Assembly (NCBI RefSeq): GCF_006345805.1
Contig: NC_043000.1
Coordinates: 69,688,001-69,752,000 of the forward strand
Reading direction: 5' to 3'
DNA from: Octopus sinensis
Lineage: Eukaryota
DNA: 64,000 nucleotides
Under the pieces are notes generated by a model. That model made no database searches, was not told the origin of the DNA, and saw only the letters and a program-made list of their open reading frames with translations. Below are positions 49,260 through 62,619 of this stretch, in pieces. Every line of letters begins with the position of its first letter. The first letter of the stretch is position 1. The translations under genes were made by a program, and so were the position numbers.

Positions 49260-50650
49260 TACACAGAAGTAATAGCTGCGGGCTGGACAATAACATTAAT
49301 GAGATGAATGATGAAAAAAATGGTATTAATGAGGGAAGGCAGAAGACGCCCGGCGATCTCTACTTCTCTAAAACATTGCTCTTTTACAAACATACAATTT
49401 AAGGTAATATACCTCTTACTAATGTTCCATTTGGACTCAAGGTCTTTATAATGAGACACTAAGCCTCTTACCAAATAACACCATCTCCTTAAAAATGAGA
49501 CACTAGGCCTCTTACATTTTCACTTATGGGCCATATGCCCTTTCAGTATGAGGCACTCAGCCTCTTAATTTTACAATTTTCTGCCCCGCCGGCACCTGAC
49601 CAGGCTCAAAGCGTCACCCAAGCACTCCGATAGTGCCAGGTCAGGGTGCTTAATCGGAAGCAGAATACATCTTCTGGGAAGGAGTCCATTATCCATGTCT
49701 AAGATGACCTCCACAGCTACTTGCGGAGGCCATCCAGGATCTTTAATACTGGTTATGTCTCCTCCACAGGCAAACTTTTTTAGTAAACTTTCCCAGTGCC
49801 TCTCCCCTGCGGGAGAAGACCAAATATTATTTCTCGATTGGGTCGAGGCCACAAATTCCACCGTCATTGGTGCAATTCCCACCAATAGCGCTTCGGAACA
49901 TGCCAATAGTGTATTAACCGACGGCACTGCCCCGTTTTTCTGTTTTGTTTTCTCCGCTTTGCTACGAGAGGGTGTAGCTCCTCCCGCAGCCTTGGGGTCC
50001 TTCGGTGGGCAACCATTGTTGCCCACCTTCCTTTTTCCCCATTTTTCGGGGTGTTTTCACTGCCTTCATCTCTCTCTCCGAAGGAGGAGGTGGGGGTTCT
50101 TCCATCACTAACTGTTCCAGAACCTTACTTTGGTCCTGGGGACAGTTATTTATAATGTGACCTGATTCCAGGCACAGGTGGCACTTGGGGCGGGGGCATC
50201 CCTCTAGAACCGGCCTTTTGAAGAAAATCTAGAAACACCAGATTCTTGTCAACTTCTTCCCACAATACGTGGGAAGAAACAATATTTCTTCGCCCTCTAA
50301 GGGCTGACTTGCAAAATTGCGAGCCTCTTTAGGGGTGTCAAATAGCAAACACACCGTCACATATTTGACACCCCTGGAAATAAATTTTATAGTTGGCATA
50401 TATTCCGCCAACTCTGTCTCTATGTCGGTCTTTTTAAAGTGGGCGATGGTGTCGAGCGACTTGGAGTACGAAGTATGTTCACAGCACCACCGTCCTCTCC
50501 TCGAGACATTTTATCCACTGTTCAAACCAAATTTCAAAAAAAGTTTGAAGCCAAAACAAAAGGAAGACAGTTCAAAACACAGCAGAATAAAGTACAATTC
50601 CGGCCAACAGTTCTCCTGGCCTAGGGTAATCCACCAGCAGGAACAGTTCC
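49260..50650 (-). mobile_element. Tx1-derived element B (ORF1 only), decayed
   Basis: AEYMPTIKFISRGVKYVTVCLLFDTPKEARNFASQPLEG...; KDPGWPPQVAVEVIL; 3' end homologous to element A. Confidence 0.7.
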
Positions 50651-52949
50651 ACAAATTGGTACGAATTGTATATTTTTCGTCATTCTGTTAAATACTTGAA
50701 ATTACTATAGGAAAGTGGGACAAAATTGATAACTGGAGGAAAATGAATAATTTCCGATTTCTTGTTATTTTTCCCTATCTGTTTAAAACCACTACCTTAC
50801 AAGTATTACACCCCATTTTGTACCGTTACATCAACATTTGGGAGTAAGAATCGGTCAGCATAATTGTTGAAGTTGAGACAGTTTGAAACATAGTCAGGTG
50901 ACAGGTACTTTTTTCAACAAATTTTCCTCAACTTTGACCCGATTGTAATTGAAGGAGTTAATAAACTATCTGGATAATTTTTATTCTTTAACCATCAATA
51001 TTCTTCTATCTTTTGGATTCCACATCGATTTTTACCTACACTAATATCTAATTTCATAATTTTCAAGTGTCAAAAAATGATGTCTAAATTGGTGAAAAAT
51101 GAGTAATGACTAATTTTAATTTTAATAATTTCTTCTCTTTAACTGCTTGGCGTATATGAAAGAGAGCCACTCCAGTAGATCGTGAAGAAGCTACAGGGAA
51201 CATTTTATTATGAGTTTTTTAGATTTAGTCGAGTTTCGTTAATTTCATATCATGTGCTATGTTTCCCTGATCCTTTATCACTTGACCAAGATATTTTAAA
51301 TTTTTGTTACATTTCTGATCTTTCTAAGGTCTAGGAATGGATTTTTATGCGTACGATTTTTTTTTCAAATGTAGTTCTGGAAAATTAAAGGGACAAATTT
51401 ACCTCATCTTATTTCACTCCTTTTGCCACATCTAAATTTGTCTTTTATATGCTCAAAGAGAACGGTGATAATTTTCTGAAACGGTGTTCTGAATATAGTA
51501 TAGTGGTTTTACTGCATTTAGAGAAGGTCATTGCTTATCTAATACAGTTCTTGCAAAGTAGTAAACATTTGTAAAATTTCGTTTTTTCAAAGTAAAAAAA
51601 TGCAGTTAATAGTACTCATTATGCCTCATCTACCCCCACTGGAAACTGGAAAAGAAGACTTTTGGAATAATTGTCCCACGTAACTTTGAATTTCCCTGTT
51701 TTTGTCAGAATCATCCCTTTTCCTTCTCATGCATTGCAAAAAGGGAAGCCTTTTAAAAAGAATTTTAAAAGTCCACGTCTTTCAGATTTTGGCGTCTCCA
51801 CCTCACACACACACATACATACACACACACGCACGCAAGCACGGACGCTCGGACGCACACCCGCACACGCACAGACACTCATCGTGCTTTTGGAACAGCA
51901 ACAACCACGAAAATGATTTTTTTTATTTTTTATAATTTCTATTATTTTATTCTATTCCACATTATGAAACATTTGTAATTTATATTTAAAGAAAAAAATT
52001 GTACCCCTTTTTTCCTCTTTCATTTTACTTGTTACAATGAAGGGAAAGCCAAACACCGCAAATGGATGTGTGAAAAGCGAAATTTGTGTGAAAAGCCACA
52101 TTTTCAGTCATTTATTTAAACTTTCTCTGCTAACTTGTCATACAATTACATGAAATAGATGAGTTTTTATATTTAAATTTTGTAACTTTCGCATATTTGA
52201 ATCCTTGTGTATGAGGGGGCCAACTGAATTTGAAGTGCCCCGGGGCCCGTATGGCTTTACTCCGGTCCTGGTCAACAAATCAGGAAATAGGCAAATTGAG
52301 TTGGTCACTTGTCCCCTACTCCCCTTAACCCCTGATAGGTTCAAAAAAGAAAGTCTACGAAGACAACGATTTGCTGATATAGACAAAGTAAACAAGTAGG
52401 TACAACAGTGTACGCCTGATTATTTTCTTAGCGAATTCGAGTATTGGGTTCAAGGATGGAATAAATGTATCGCTTGCGTTTGGTGACTGTACTGAGTAGC
52501 TCCTTTCAATAGAAGAAGAATTACAGAGTTGAGGCGTAGAGCATTGCTGTAAACAGTAAACGCACTGTAAATTTAAAACAGTTTCATTAGCTTGCACTCA
52601 CGAACACTGTTCGGCCTCTGAAAATATAAAGTATTAAACAACTCTGTATTCTTTTACTAAACTTTTTCAATGTGTTTCATAACACAAGTCCTTGAGAAAT
52701 ATTAACATTAGATTTAAAGAAGTCCGTTTTGTTGATGATTTTAATATATTCACAAAAGTTTGAATGAAATAAGTATTGAAGCAACGGAAATAATAAATTC
52801 AATTGAAATAGCAAAGATGCTGAAACAAGTTAAGGAAAGAAAATATTTGAGAAGAGGTATAAAATGGAGATTGGCGATCAAAGAAAACAAATAAAACTGT
52901 ATATTCAGCAGCTTTATCAAAATTAGATTCTGGAAATATTAAAAGATTA

Positions 52950-53340
52950 CCGTAACAGCAAAAATGTGGTGTTCAAACAGCACAAATAGTTTCAGTTGCA
53001 CTTTATGTATACAATTCTTTCGACGTGAAGACCGGGCAGTAAGAAATAATCATGGCCTTTGGAATGAAACGTTATAAAGAGGTTTGAATTCCTTATACAG
53101 ATCATCGAATTTATGAAAATGAATTATTGGGAAGACTGCGAACACGAAAATTATCCACATATCACTTATATTAAAAGATAAATGGAGTTGGTCGTGTCAA
53201 CATGACAACTTACCACAATTGAATAATGTACGCAAACTCAACAATAAAAGTGGCATATCGTGAACACAAAGGAATTGACAGGAAGGAACAGGGTGGAGAA
53301 CTTGTGACTGGATGATGATTAGAAAAGATGGAAGAAGAAA
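52950..53340 (+). mobile_element. Possible old RTE-like LINE 3' relic
   Basis: Weak remnants: ALYVYNSFDV..IMAFGMKRY..IPYTDH..NELLGRL. Confidence 0.3.
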
Positions 53341-54329
53341 GGTATATCTCTTATTGTGCACCTACAGACTACCTTGGCTATGAATTTGACTGACTGAAAG
53401 TTTAAAAAAAAACTGTCTCAAAGAAAATATAAATATTTGTAATCGAACTGTAAAACAAAATCGAATTGCTTCCAGCTTGATCAGAAATATATATTTAAAA
53501 GTGAGATATAGTCAATTTAATAAACAATAGTATATTCTTGGTAATCATTGTATCGACATTATAACGAAAAAAGCACGTTTGACCGAGACTATATTTCAAT
53601 TTAGAATTTAGCGATAAGAAACAATATAGTATACAATGTATACTTTGAGGCCCTACTATTTCTAGCACTTCATCTCTCACTGTTCAAAACAAAACAAAAT
53701 CTAAAAGTTTCAATTTTCATTTTCAATGAGTTTCGGGCTATATAATAAGAACATTTCATCATACAATTTTTACAAAAAAAAAGAAAAAAAGAAAAAAAAA
53801 ACAAATAGCTTTTCAGTGATACTTCAGACCAATTAAGATCGGTGAAATGAATATAGCTTTAACATTCAATGAAACAAATTTCTTTTCTTTTCCGCAATAT
53901 ATTTTTCAATACTTCCAGAAGCGTTGTAGAAAATAGAAAATAGAATAACAGTGTAACATTGAATAGGACAATCTACCTTAAAGTATTCATTAATATAGTG
54001 GAAAAATAACAAAATCAGGTTTCTTTATGTAACATTGTATGTATGTACGCATGTATGTATCTATCGTTGCTTTAATGTTAAACTGGCGAAGATTGGCCAA
54101 ATGAGTTTTTTTTCAATATTTTTGCTTCCATTAGCCTGTCCTTTTGGTCAAACTATTGTATCTCCAGATGCTTCAGATGCTAAGACATCAAAAAATGTCA
54201 AAGTGTAATACAACGGTTTCTCCTATGGAATAGTGAAACTATTTTTTCATTTTCTGAAAAAGCAACGTTTTGGACTTACGACACTTTTGCATACTAACAA
54301 CGATATATTTTATATATAAATGGCAATTT

Positions 54330-55600
54330 CTGACTGTCTGTCTGTTACCCTCTTGCTGCCCAAACCATGGAACCAATCTTCTCCAAACTTTGTATACATG
54401 TTGAACTAAATTCCAGTTCAATTATAGGCTAATTGGATTTCAATGAAAATTGATAATGGATCGACTACAGGGGTTGGGCTATTACATGATAAAACGAGAG
54501 GGGTGCAAAAGTATTATGTTCAGGGAAATGTGACATAATGGGGGTGACTGATATTAGGAAAAGGGAGGAGATAGGAAGAGATAGGCACACAGCGAATGTG
54601 AGAGACAGAGAAAACGGCAGACAGAGACACTCCCATATATATAAAAGAGAGTTTGTGTGTGTGTGTGCATATCTCCCTTATGCATTCGAAAACTGAGTTG
54701 CCGATTTTGATGTATGGGGTATCAAAAGATTCATTAATCTTATGACTATCAAATAAACGTTATCTTCATTTACATATTTTGCATTACAAAAAATTACATT
54801 ATCTTTTCAATAAGTCAACTATTGTAAATATTTTATACCATGGCGGCAATGACGACGACGTCACATTTTCTATATGAGTGTGTAATTTCTGTATATGTTA
54901 TGACGAAATACAGTCACTCACTCTTTCTCTCACATGCACACACACACACACACAAACACACACAAACACACACGCACACACACACACACACATACACACA
55001 CACACACACACATATATATATACAAAAATGATGCATGCATATGTATTTATGTATGTGTATATGAAAGACGTGTGTGTGAGACACACAGAGAGACCGAATG
55101 AGTGCCACTTACAAATACATGACAACACATACCTTAACCCACTCACTCTGTCTCCTCTCTCACAAACACACGCACGCGAGCGCGCACACACACACGCAGA
55201 CAAACACACACGTCCATTCCATATACACGTACATACATCTTTCCCTTTATTTTCTCTTTCAATTTCCGCTCTCACTTCTCTTTCCCGTTCTGCTCTCTTT
55301 AAAGCATAAAGATATAAAAAAAATGACGGACATTAACGAATACATTCGAAAACTGAGTCACCAATTTTGAGGTATGTGGTACCAAAAGATTCACTAATCT
55401 TTCGGCTAACAAATAAACTTTATTTTCTTTTACATACTTGCATTGCAAAAATTTAACATTATAATCTTTCTATAATTCAACTATCCTAAACGACATTTTA
55501 TACCACGACGACGTCACATTTTTTATATGAGTGTGTAGCTTAAAATAATCCATTTTTCTATACCTTATGAGTAAATACAGTTATTCACATGCACTCGCAC
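54330..55600. repeat. Diverged ~660-bp tandem duplication of a non-autonomous element with CA microsatellites (HINE/Helentron-like, tentative)
   Basis: 54680-54920 is similar to 55340-55590 (attcgaaaactgagt...caaaagattca.taatc...acgacgacgtcacatttt). Confidence 0.5.
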
Positions 55601-57213
55601 ACATGCACACGCACACATACATACAAAAAAGTTGTATGTATAGCTATTTATGTACGTGTATATGAAAGATTATGTGCGTGTGTGAGAGAGAGAGAGAGAG
55701 AGAGAAAAAATAGGTACATCACAACACACACCTTCACTCAATCTCTCTCTCACAGGCACACACAAACACATACGCATGCACACACACGTCCATTTAATAT
55801 ACACGTACATACATCTTTTACTTTCCTTCACTTTCTCCTCTCTTGCAACTTCTGCTCTCTTCAAAGGATAAAGAAATAAAAGAAAATTACGGAAATTAAC
55901 AAACAATCATATGATACCATATTATCGACCATATGATCGAGTTGACAACTTAACTGCTTCAAATGTAAGAATGCCATAAAATAACTTCCCTTGGCACACA
56001 CACACACATACGCACACACGCGCGCACACACACACGCGCGCACACACACACGCGCGCACACACACACGCGCGCACACACACATATCCACACGCGCGCATT
56101 CACACAACATAACATCCCAGTTCAAGATAGACTACTCTGGTTATAAATTTGCTGTTGCTTTGAAGCTTTCTAAGAATAACCTGCATGACTATGTGAATTA
56201 TGTTATTTCTTGCTATGTGCACGCGCAAAATTACAGCTCAAATCCAATTGAAATAAACCTTTTTCTATTCTGCAATTCGTGTTTGTGATGTGTGTATTTA
56301 AAACCCTGATCTTCGATATATATTTAGAAGGAAGCTCCTTTACCTGTTGCTTCTAGTAATCCGAGGTGACATTTGCGCCCCCGCCTCGTTTTTTTCCTAA
56401 ATTTCTTCCGATTCCTATGTTTTCAATAGAGGATATTAGGATTTCGCCCCCAAAACATGTTTCTTCATTAAATTTTTACTATTTTCGAAGTTTTTTCTTG
56501 GTAATCCACGGAAAAAAAAATCCCACTAAAATCTCCTTCCCAAACTTCCACCCATCACCTCATCACTTTCAAAAAACTACAAACTTCCAATGTTTCACTT
56601 TTAGCGCGTTGGAAAGCGGGTAAGTTTGTTCAGAAATAATGTCGTTTACCTGTTGTTTCTAGCATGTCAGGTTTTCTGGTGATATTCAAATATTTTTTAC
56701 ATCTGCTATTTCAGTACAATTCTACGCATACGTGAAACAGCAGACAAAGTGAAATATTGGGTGCTTTTAGCTTTTTGAAAGCGAGGTGGAAGAAAAGGCA
56801 TTGAGTGTTTCTCGAAAAAAAATTAAACTTTTAAGAAAAATATATTGCCCAGATTCGTAATCTCTGTATTTTTCTACATGAATAAAAAGCAATTCCTAAA
56901 AAAGTTTGCAAATTAAGAAATTGCGGTGGGGACGGGGTGAAAGCAAACTTTGAAACCGCGATTTCTGTACAAAATCGTAATAAGCCCCTTTTATACGATG
57001 AAACAATACATAGTTTGTGAGCTTTCAAGAGAACAGTAAGCACTTTCCTGCAAACACATGCAAATTGTACCCCGCCCCTTCACTTTCAAAGAAACAGTAA
57101 CTTCCATTACGCCAGTAATCCAGTTCACTGTATATCAGCTGCACTGATTCTGCCCATAAAGGAACAAATAATACAATATGGTCTTAACACCAGGGCAACG
57201 CCGGGATGCATTG

Positions 57214-57258
<45 letters not shown>

Positions 57259-57505
57259 GTGCGTGCGCACACACACGTACACATAAATGCACACACACAA
57301 ATACATGCACACATACACATACATATATACTTAATCAGAAAAAGCATAGGGTGTTCTGTTTCGCTGGTTTTAACTTTCCCATTTCTCATCAATAAAAATA
57401 GTTTGGTTCAAGTTGAGAAACATTCTCTCAATTGAATTTAGATATTAGTAGAGTAGGCTAATATATATATGTATGCATGTACACACGCACACACACACAC
57501 ACACA

Positions 57506-57591
<86 letters not shown>

Positions 57592-57949
57592 CACACACAC
57601 ACACACATAAATGAATTCGGGTATGGTTGTCATGCATAAGCGGATCTTACATGCTGAAGTTCTCGAATATTTTACGTATGTCGACAATGCGTTGATACCT
57701 GTAGTTGTGAGGTTTTGATTAAACGTCTTCATTCTGAATTGAGTACATCCCTCTTTCCGAGATTGGTACTGACCCAGTTAGTCATGTAGTCAAGTACTCC
57801 AAGAAATCTATAGTAAGTGTAATCTATAGTAAAGTAAGTGGCTTTTTTATAGTTCAGCATAGATGTTTTTTTTTTCACAATTTTTTTAACATTATGCTAA
57901 CTTCTGCTGAACAACTGATTTCAACCGCTATGCAGTTTGTTTCTGTCTC

Positions 57950-59260
57950 AGATCATTATGTCTAGTTGTTATGTTGCATTTTATTACAACCTTGACAGGA
58001 ACATTCCCTAAGAATTCTTTCATATCTTCCACATCATCGTAGTTCCACATGTTTGCATCTACAGGTTTTCATGATATAATGTTTTATGCTCTAGTTACGG
58101 TATTATGTTTCATAGGTAACTAGGACTCAGTGAGCAATTGGGACAGCTACTTATGCAGTACGAATGACATTATCGATGTTAATCTTAAAATTTTCCTTGG
58201 TTCTTGTACGTATACGTATTTTCTTTCTGCTAGAGTTATCAGGTGCCATCATAGAAAATATTTCCATGTAATCTAAGTACCTATCCTATTTCTCATGCAA
58301 TATCGGAAATATAGTCAAACTGCTGTCACAGAAGGTATGAGATGGGATTGTATTTCTCCCTCGTTTTACATCATTTCTCCTGGTCAAACTTCACTAGTAT
58401 ATCAGTTGAGAATGTTGTAATGAGGCCAAAGTTTCTTCCATGTACAAGTCATATATTTCTGATCATCGTCGAAGAAAAGGTGTTATGATGACTTTTTGTT
58501 TTTCTGTGAGCCAATTGCGTATTTTCCAAACTTCCGTAACAAAAAAGACAAGGGTTTAATGAATGTATAAAGTCAATCTCAGAGAGCCGGTCCCCTTGAA
58601 CCATAAATCTGTTATATTATATCCTTTCAGTGACAATAGAACCATTTGTAGTAGGTAACTTCAGAATTCTGGCACTAGGGCGTCTATGATAATGGTAATG
58701 GTATTTAGAAATTTAGCAAATCTTTGGAATTCTAGTATTCGCGAGTAAGGAACATAATTAACTGTTTTCTTGCAATCCAGCCAAGTTGTGACTAAGTTCT
58801 TCCTATACTGCTGCACTACTGGCATCCTTATTTTGTTAATCAGCTATTTAGCACATCCCCAAATCCATTCATTCTAGCAACTTGTTCAATCGTAATGATA
58901 AAAACAACATGAGGGAACACGTTCAGATAGGATGAATATATTTTATAAATGATATTCTTGCATATAATTGGTATCGTTTTTAGATACCAATCACTTGGTA
59001 TGTTTATATCTTCATTGCGTATTTGCAAGTAAAAGTGAATAAAATTCCTCCGATAGAATTACAGATGTTTTGTACCGACATTCTACTCTGTCTCTCTATA
59101 GATACAGTCTGCTTTTTGGTTTAATACAGAGACAACAATTGTTTCTGATTTGTTCTATTGCTCCTCTAGTCTGATTAAATTCCCTTTTCCATACTTCATT
59201 GAACGGCTCTATGTCTATGGCATCTGTTGGCTGCACTCTCATTTCTCTGGAAGCAGCTAA
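57950..59260 (-). mobile_element. Very old R4/Dong-like RT relic
   Basis: RKNLVTTWLDCKKTVNYVPYSRIL and VQGDRLS..F..SLNP remnants. Confidence 0.55.
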
Positions 59261-59336
59261 TTAATTTCGATTATATATATGTGTATGTACACATATATAC
59301 ACATACATAAACACACACACACACACAACACACACA

Positions 59337-59402
<66 letters not shown>

Positions 59403-59413
59403 TGTGTGTTTGG

Positions 59414-59512
59414 AGACGCTCGGCTCAGTGGTTAGGGTGTTGGATTCATGATCGTAAGATTGTGGTTTCGATTCCTGGACTGGGCGACGCGTTGTGTCCT
59501 TGAGCAAAACTT
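59414..59512 (+). mobile_element. SINE family C head (tRNA-derived)
   Basis: ggctcagtggttagggtgttgg...gtggtttcgattcctggactgggcg...tgtgtccttgagcaaaac. Confidence 0.75.
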
Positions 59513-60214
59513 ATTTTTGAGAGACATTAGTTTAAATAGTTTTGTATAGGCATAGATGGGTGTAGTATTAACTATATATTTGTATATGGTGTCTGGATAT
59601 TCTTGATATAATACATTATTTCCTTTGAAGAGAAAAACGGTATCCTTTTCTGAAGAAGTGCGTGTAATTGACAAATCTCAGTATACAACCGGTTCAAAAC
59701 TTCAACATGAAGGAACAAAAACATGTATTCCAGTGGAAATTCATCTCAGAGCATATATATATAGATGCATTTAGTCCTGTGTCTTTTGGGGTTTTGCCAA
59801 CTTCCATCCGATGTTTGCAAAGCTCACAGTATAATATTAAATATTGGTTCAGTCCATCCATTAATAAATATTCAGAAAATATTAATTAGTATATTTTATT
59901 CAACATATTTTATTAGAGTAAATAAATTGCACTAAAATTAAATTGTAGCTTTTAGCAATCTACACTCTCTCAAGTTAACAATTTGAAAAAAAAAGAGATT
60001 TTTAAACATTTCTTTAATTCCATTACAGTAGACTAAGTCTGGCTACTGCAAAGTCTTGTTTTAAATGCTGCATCATGCAACAATTTGTTTAAACTGTTTT
60101 CTTGTAGAAAGTTAAAGCCGTTCACTTCTAAAATATTAGGCTGGAAAGAAAATCCTGTGGTATTTTAAGATGGGGAAGAAACAAACGCTTCTTCGGTCGA
60201 TATATTTAATCAAG

Positions 60215-61100
60215 ATTATATTTCCCCTCATTATTGATAACATAATCCCATCTACCAGCCAAATTGTTTATTGCTCACTCAAACACTCGGAATCGATGTT
60301 TTCACAAGTAATCAACTATTTTCTATCTAAATAATGCTGAAATGGTGATTGTTAGATGAAGTGAGGTCAGAAGGAGAGTAAGGAGGGTCAAGCAAAGCTT
60401 CTACATTTAGTGCCAAAATCTTTTCCTTAGTGATTTAAGCGATATGAGATCTTGAATTTTCATGTGAGCCACATCTTACATTTTGAGTGCTTTTTCTGCA
60501 AATGTATGAGCAATACTTCCAGTTGTCGATAATGTTTCTCCGTACTTACTGCTTTGTTTTAGTTTAATACTATGATTGACGACATTCATCATATAAATTC
60601 CAATCACAACCTCTTTCCTACTGTGGTTCCGGTTTGGGAATGGATTCTCCTCTTTTATTGGATGTTGTTGATTTTCCCTAGATATGATTACAGGGAACCC
60701 ACTTTTCATTACTTACGCTTATTCTACCAGGAAAGGTTTGATAGCAAGCCTTCTCTTCAATTACGAACAGAGAGAAACTCTTTGATTAGAGAAGTAATCA
60801 GTTGATGAAATCCCAGTGACCAAGTTTATACCTCCCCCCCCCAGGTTTTGATGGTGATTTATGGTTGAAATGTGACTTGGATTGAACTGTTCTGCTAATT
60901 ATCATGCAATTTGCTTTGGACTTTCAGAAGCTCAGCATTGAGAAAATTTGGTCGTCAAGATTGAGGGGCGTCTGCGAGAGAAAACTTTCTCTCATGAAGC
61001 TGCTCAAACCATCGCTGGCAGGCCTGGGCACTTAAAGTTTCATTTTCATAGACAAAATGCATATTCCTTGCCGCTTTTGAATTTATATAGTATATGCAGT
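60215..61100 (-). pseudogene. Mariner transposase relic
   Basis: CQRWFEQL..FSLADAPQS, NEKWVP, DPPYSPSDL, LAGRWDYVINNEGKY. Confidence 0.8.
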
Positions 61101-62322
61101 AACCTATACGGGTCTGATATAAACTCATTTTAATCGGGTAAACTCAATTCGAATTTAAGCATTATGGTATCAAGATATTAGCAAAGAAAGAAGAAAAAAA
61201 ATTAGAACCTCAAAATTAATGTTTATTTTACCGTAAGCTTTGAAAATGCAATCTCTAAATGACCAAGTCAAAATTGCGAGTTTTCAACTTACTATATTTG
61301 TTTCAAATTGAAAAGCAAAGTCTCAAATATAATTTTTCAAAAATTCGAATAATATCAGTAATAATATCGATAATTAAATCCTTAATCTGTATTGACATTT
61401 TGAAGATGGTTTAAAATATTTATCAAGAAAAAATGTATCAGATGCTTGTATGTCATCACTTCTTCAAATCAATTATTACAAGAAATTACGAACACAATCA
61501 GAAACGAAGCTCGGTTAAAAAAGTAAACCTATTATTAGAAATAAAGTTTATGAAAATACTCTCCAAGAACAATATTTTAACACCTTATATATAATTATTC
61601 AATCGCAGCTGTACTTGCTGAAATTTGTGTATACTAGAAAATGGAGATGATAATGTAATTTTACGCACTTGAAATTTATGCTACTTTAATTTCTTTCACT
61701 TTACCAGGTTTGAGAATATTCTTCAAAAGATACCTTCGGATTCAAATAAGAAAAAAAGAAGACTAACTTAATTATATTTTCAGTATTTTAAATACTTTTT
61801 CATTCAAGTTTATATATTTCATAAATGTTTTGCTGTCTATATAGAACTATACTGATACAGATGTATCTAATTAACTCCATTTCCTTTGTGATAAAGTGTG
61901 ATTAAATATGCAAATTGCTTCTTTTTATACTATTTTCAATCTCATCCACAAAGCAAAAGCTCCATTCTTCCAAACGGAATCGATTTTCTTATATACAGAA
62001 TATTTGTTGAATATTTCTTGTCTCTTTGTAAAATAATAAAGACTGGTTTTATCTCTGTTATTGTGCACGAAGCAGAATATTAACATTATGGGTGCATTTG
62101 TATTAACAATCAAGACACACTGCCTAACTTATAATCAATTAAAACGGAAAAATAGAAATAATTTAAATTTACCTCTACAATGACAGTGATAGATAATTTG
62201 AATTTTGTTTTTGATTCTAGTAAAGTTTCAGTCATGGTCTGTTTGTGTATGCAATACTTTACTCCTTATACAAAGGTATTTCAAATAAAAGTTAGTAAAG
62301 TTTATTCAACTTTTATTGCCTA

Positions 62323-62324
<2 letters not shown>

Positions 62325-62390
<66 letters not shown>

Positions 62391-62395
62391 ATCTA
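62325..62395. repeat. (TCTA)n microsatellite
   Basis: Direct repeat. Confidence 0.97.
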
Positions 62396-62619
62396 TGTTG
62401 TTGCATCAGCTCGACCTTTTATTGCACACATTTTGTTTTAATCTTTGCATACGAGATGTGTGAAACACCCAACTTTCATTTGAATGTGTTTTCAAGGGAG
62501 AAATTGGCCCGCCCTAGGTGCAGTTTCAACTCTATCTAAATTTCTATTTTTCTTTTTGCTCGACTTTGAAAAATGTCGAGTAATTCCATAGTGGAACGCT
62601 GGTCAAATTCGTTCATGGA

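Noticed and set aside
50700-52600. Possible DNA-transposon relic and short ORFs at 52138-52597
   Set aside because: No recognisable motif, termini or consistent splice structure.
59414-59480. Functional tRNA gene
   Set aside because: It continues into SINE body sequence shared with 28737-28975 and lacks a paired acceptor stem.
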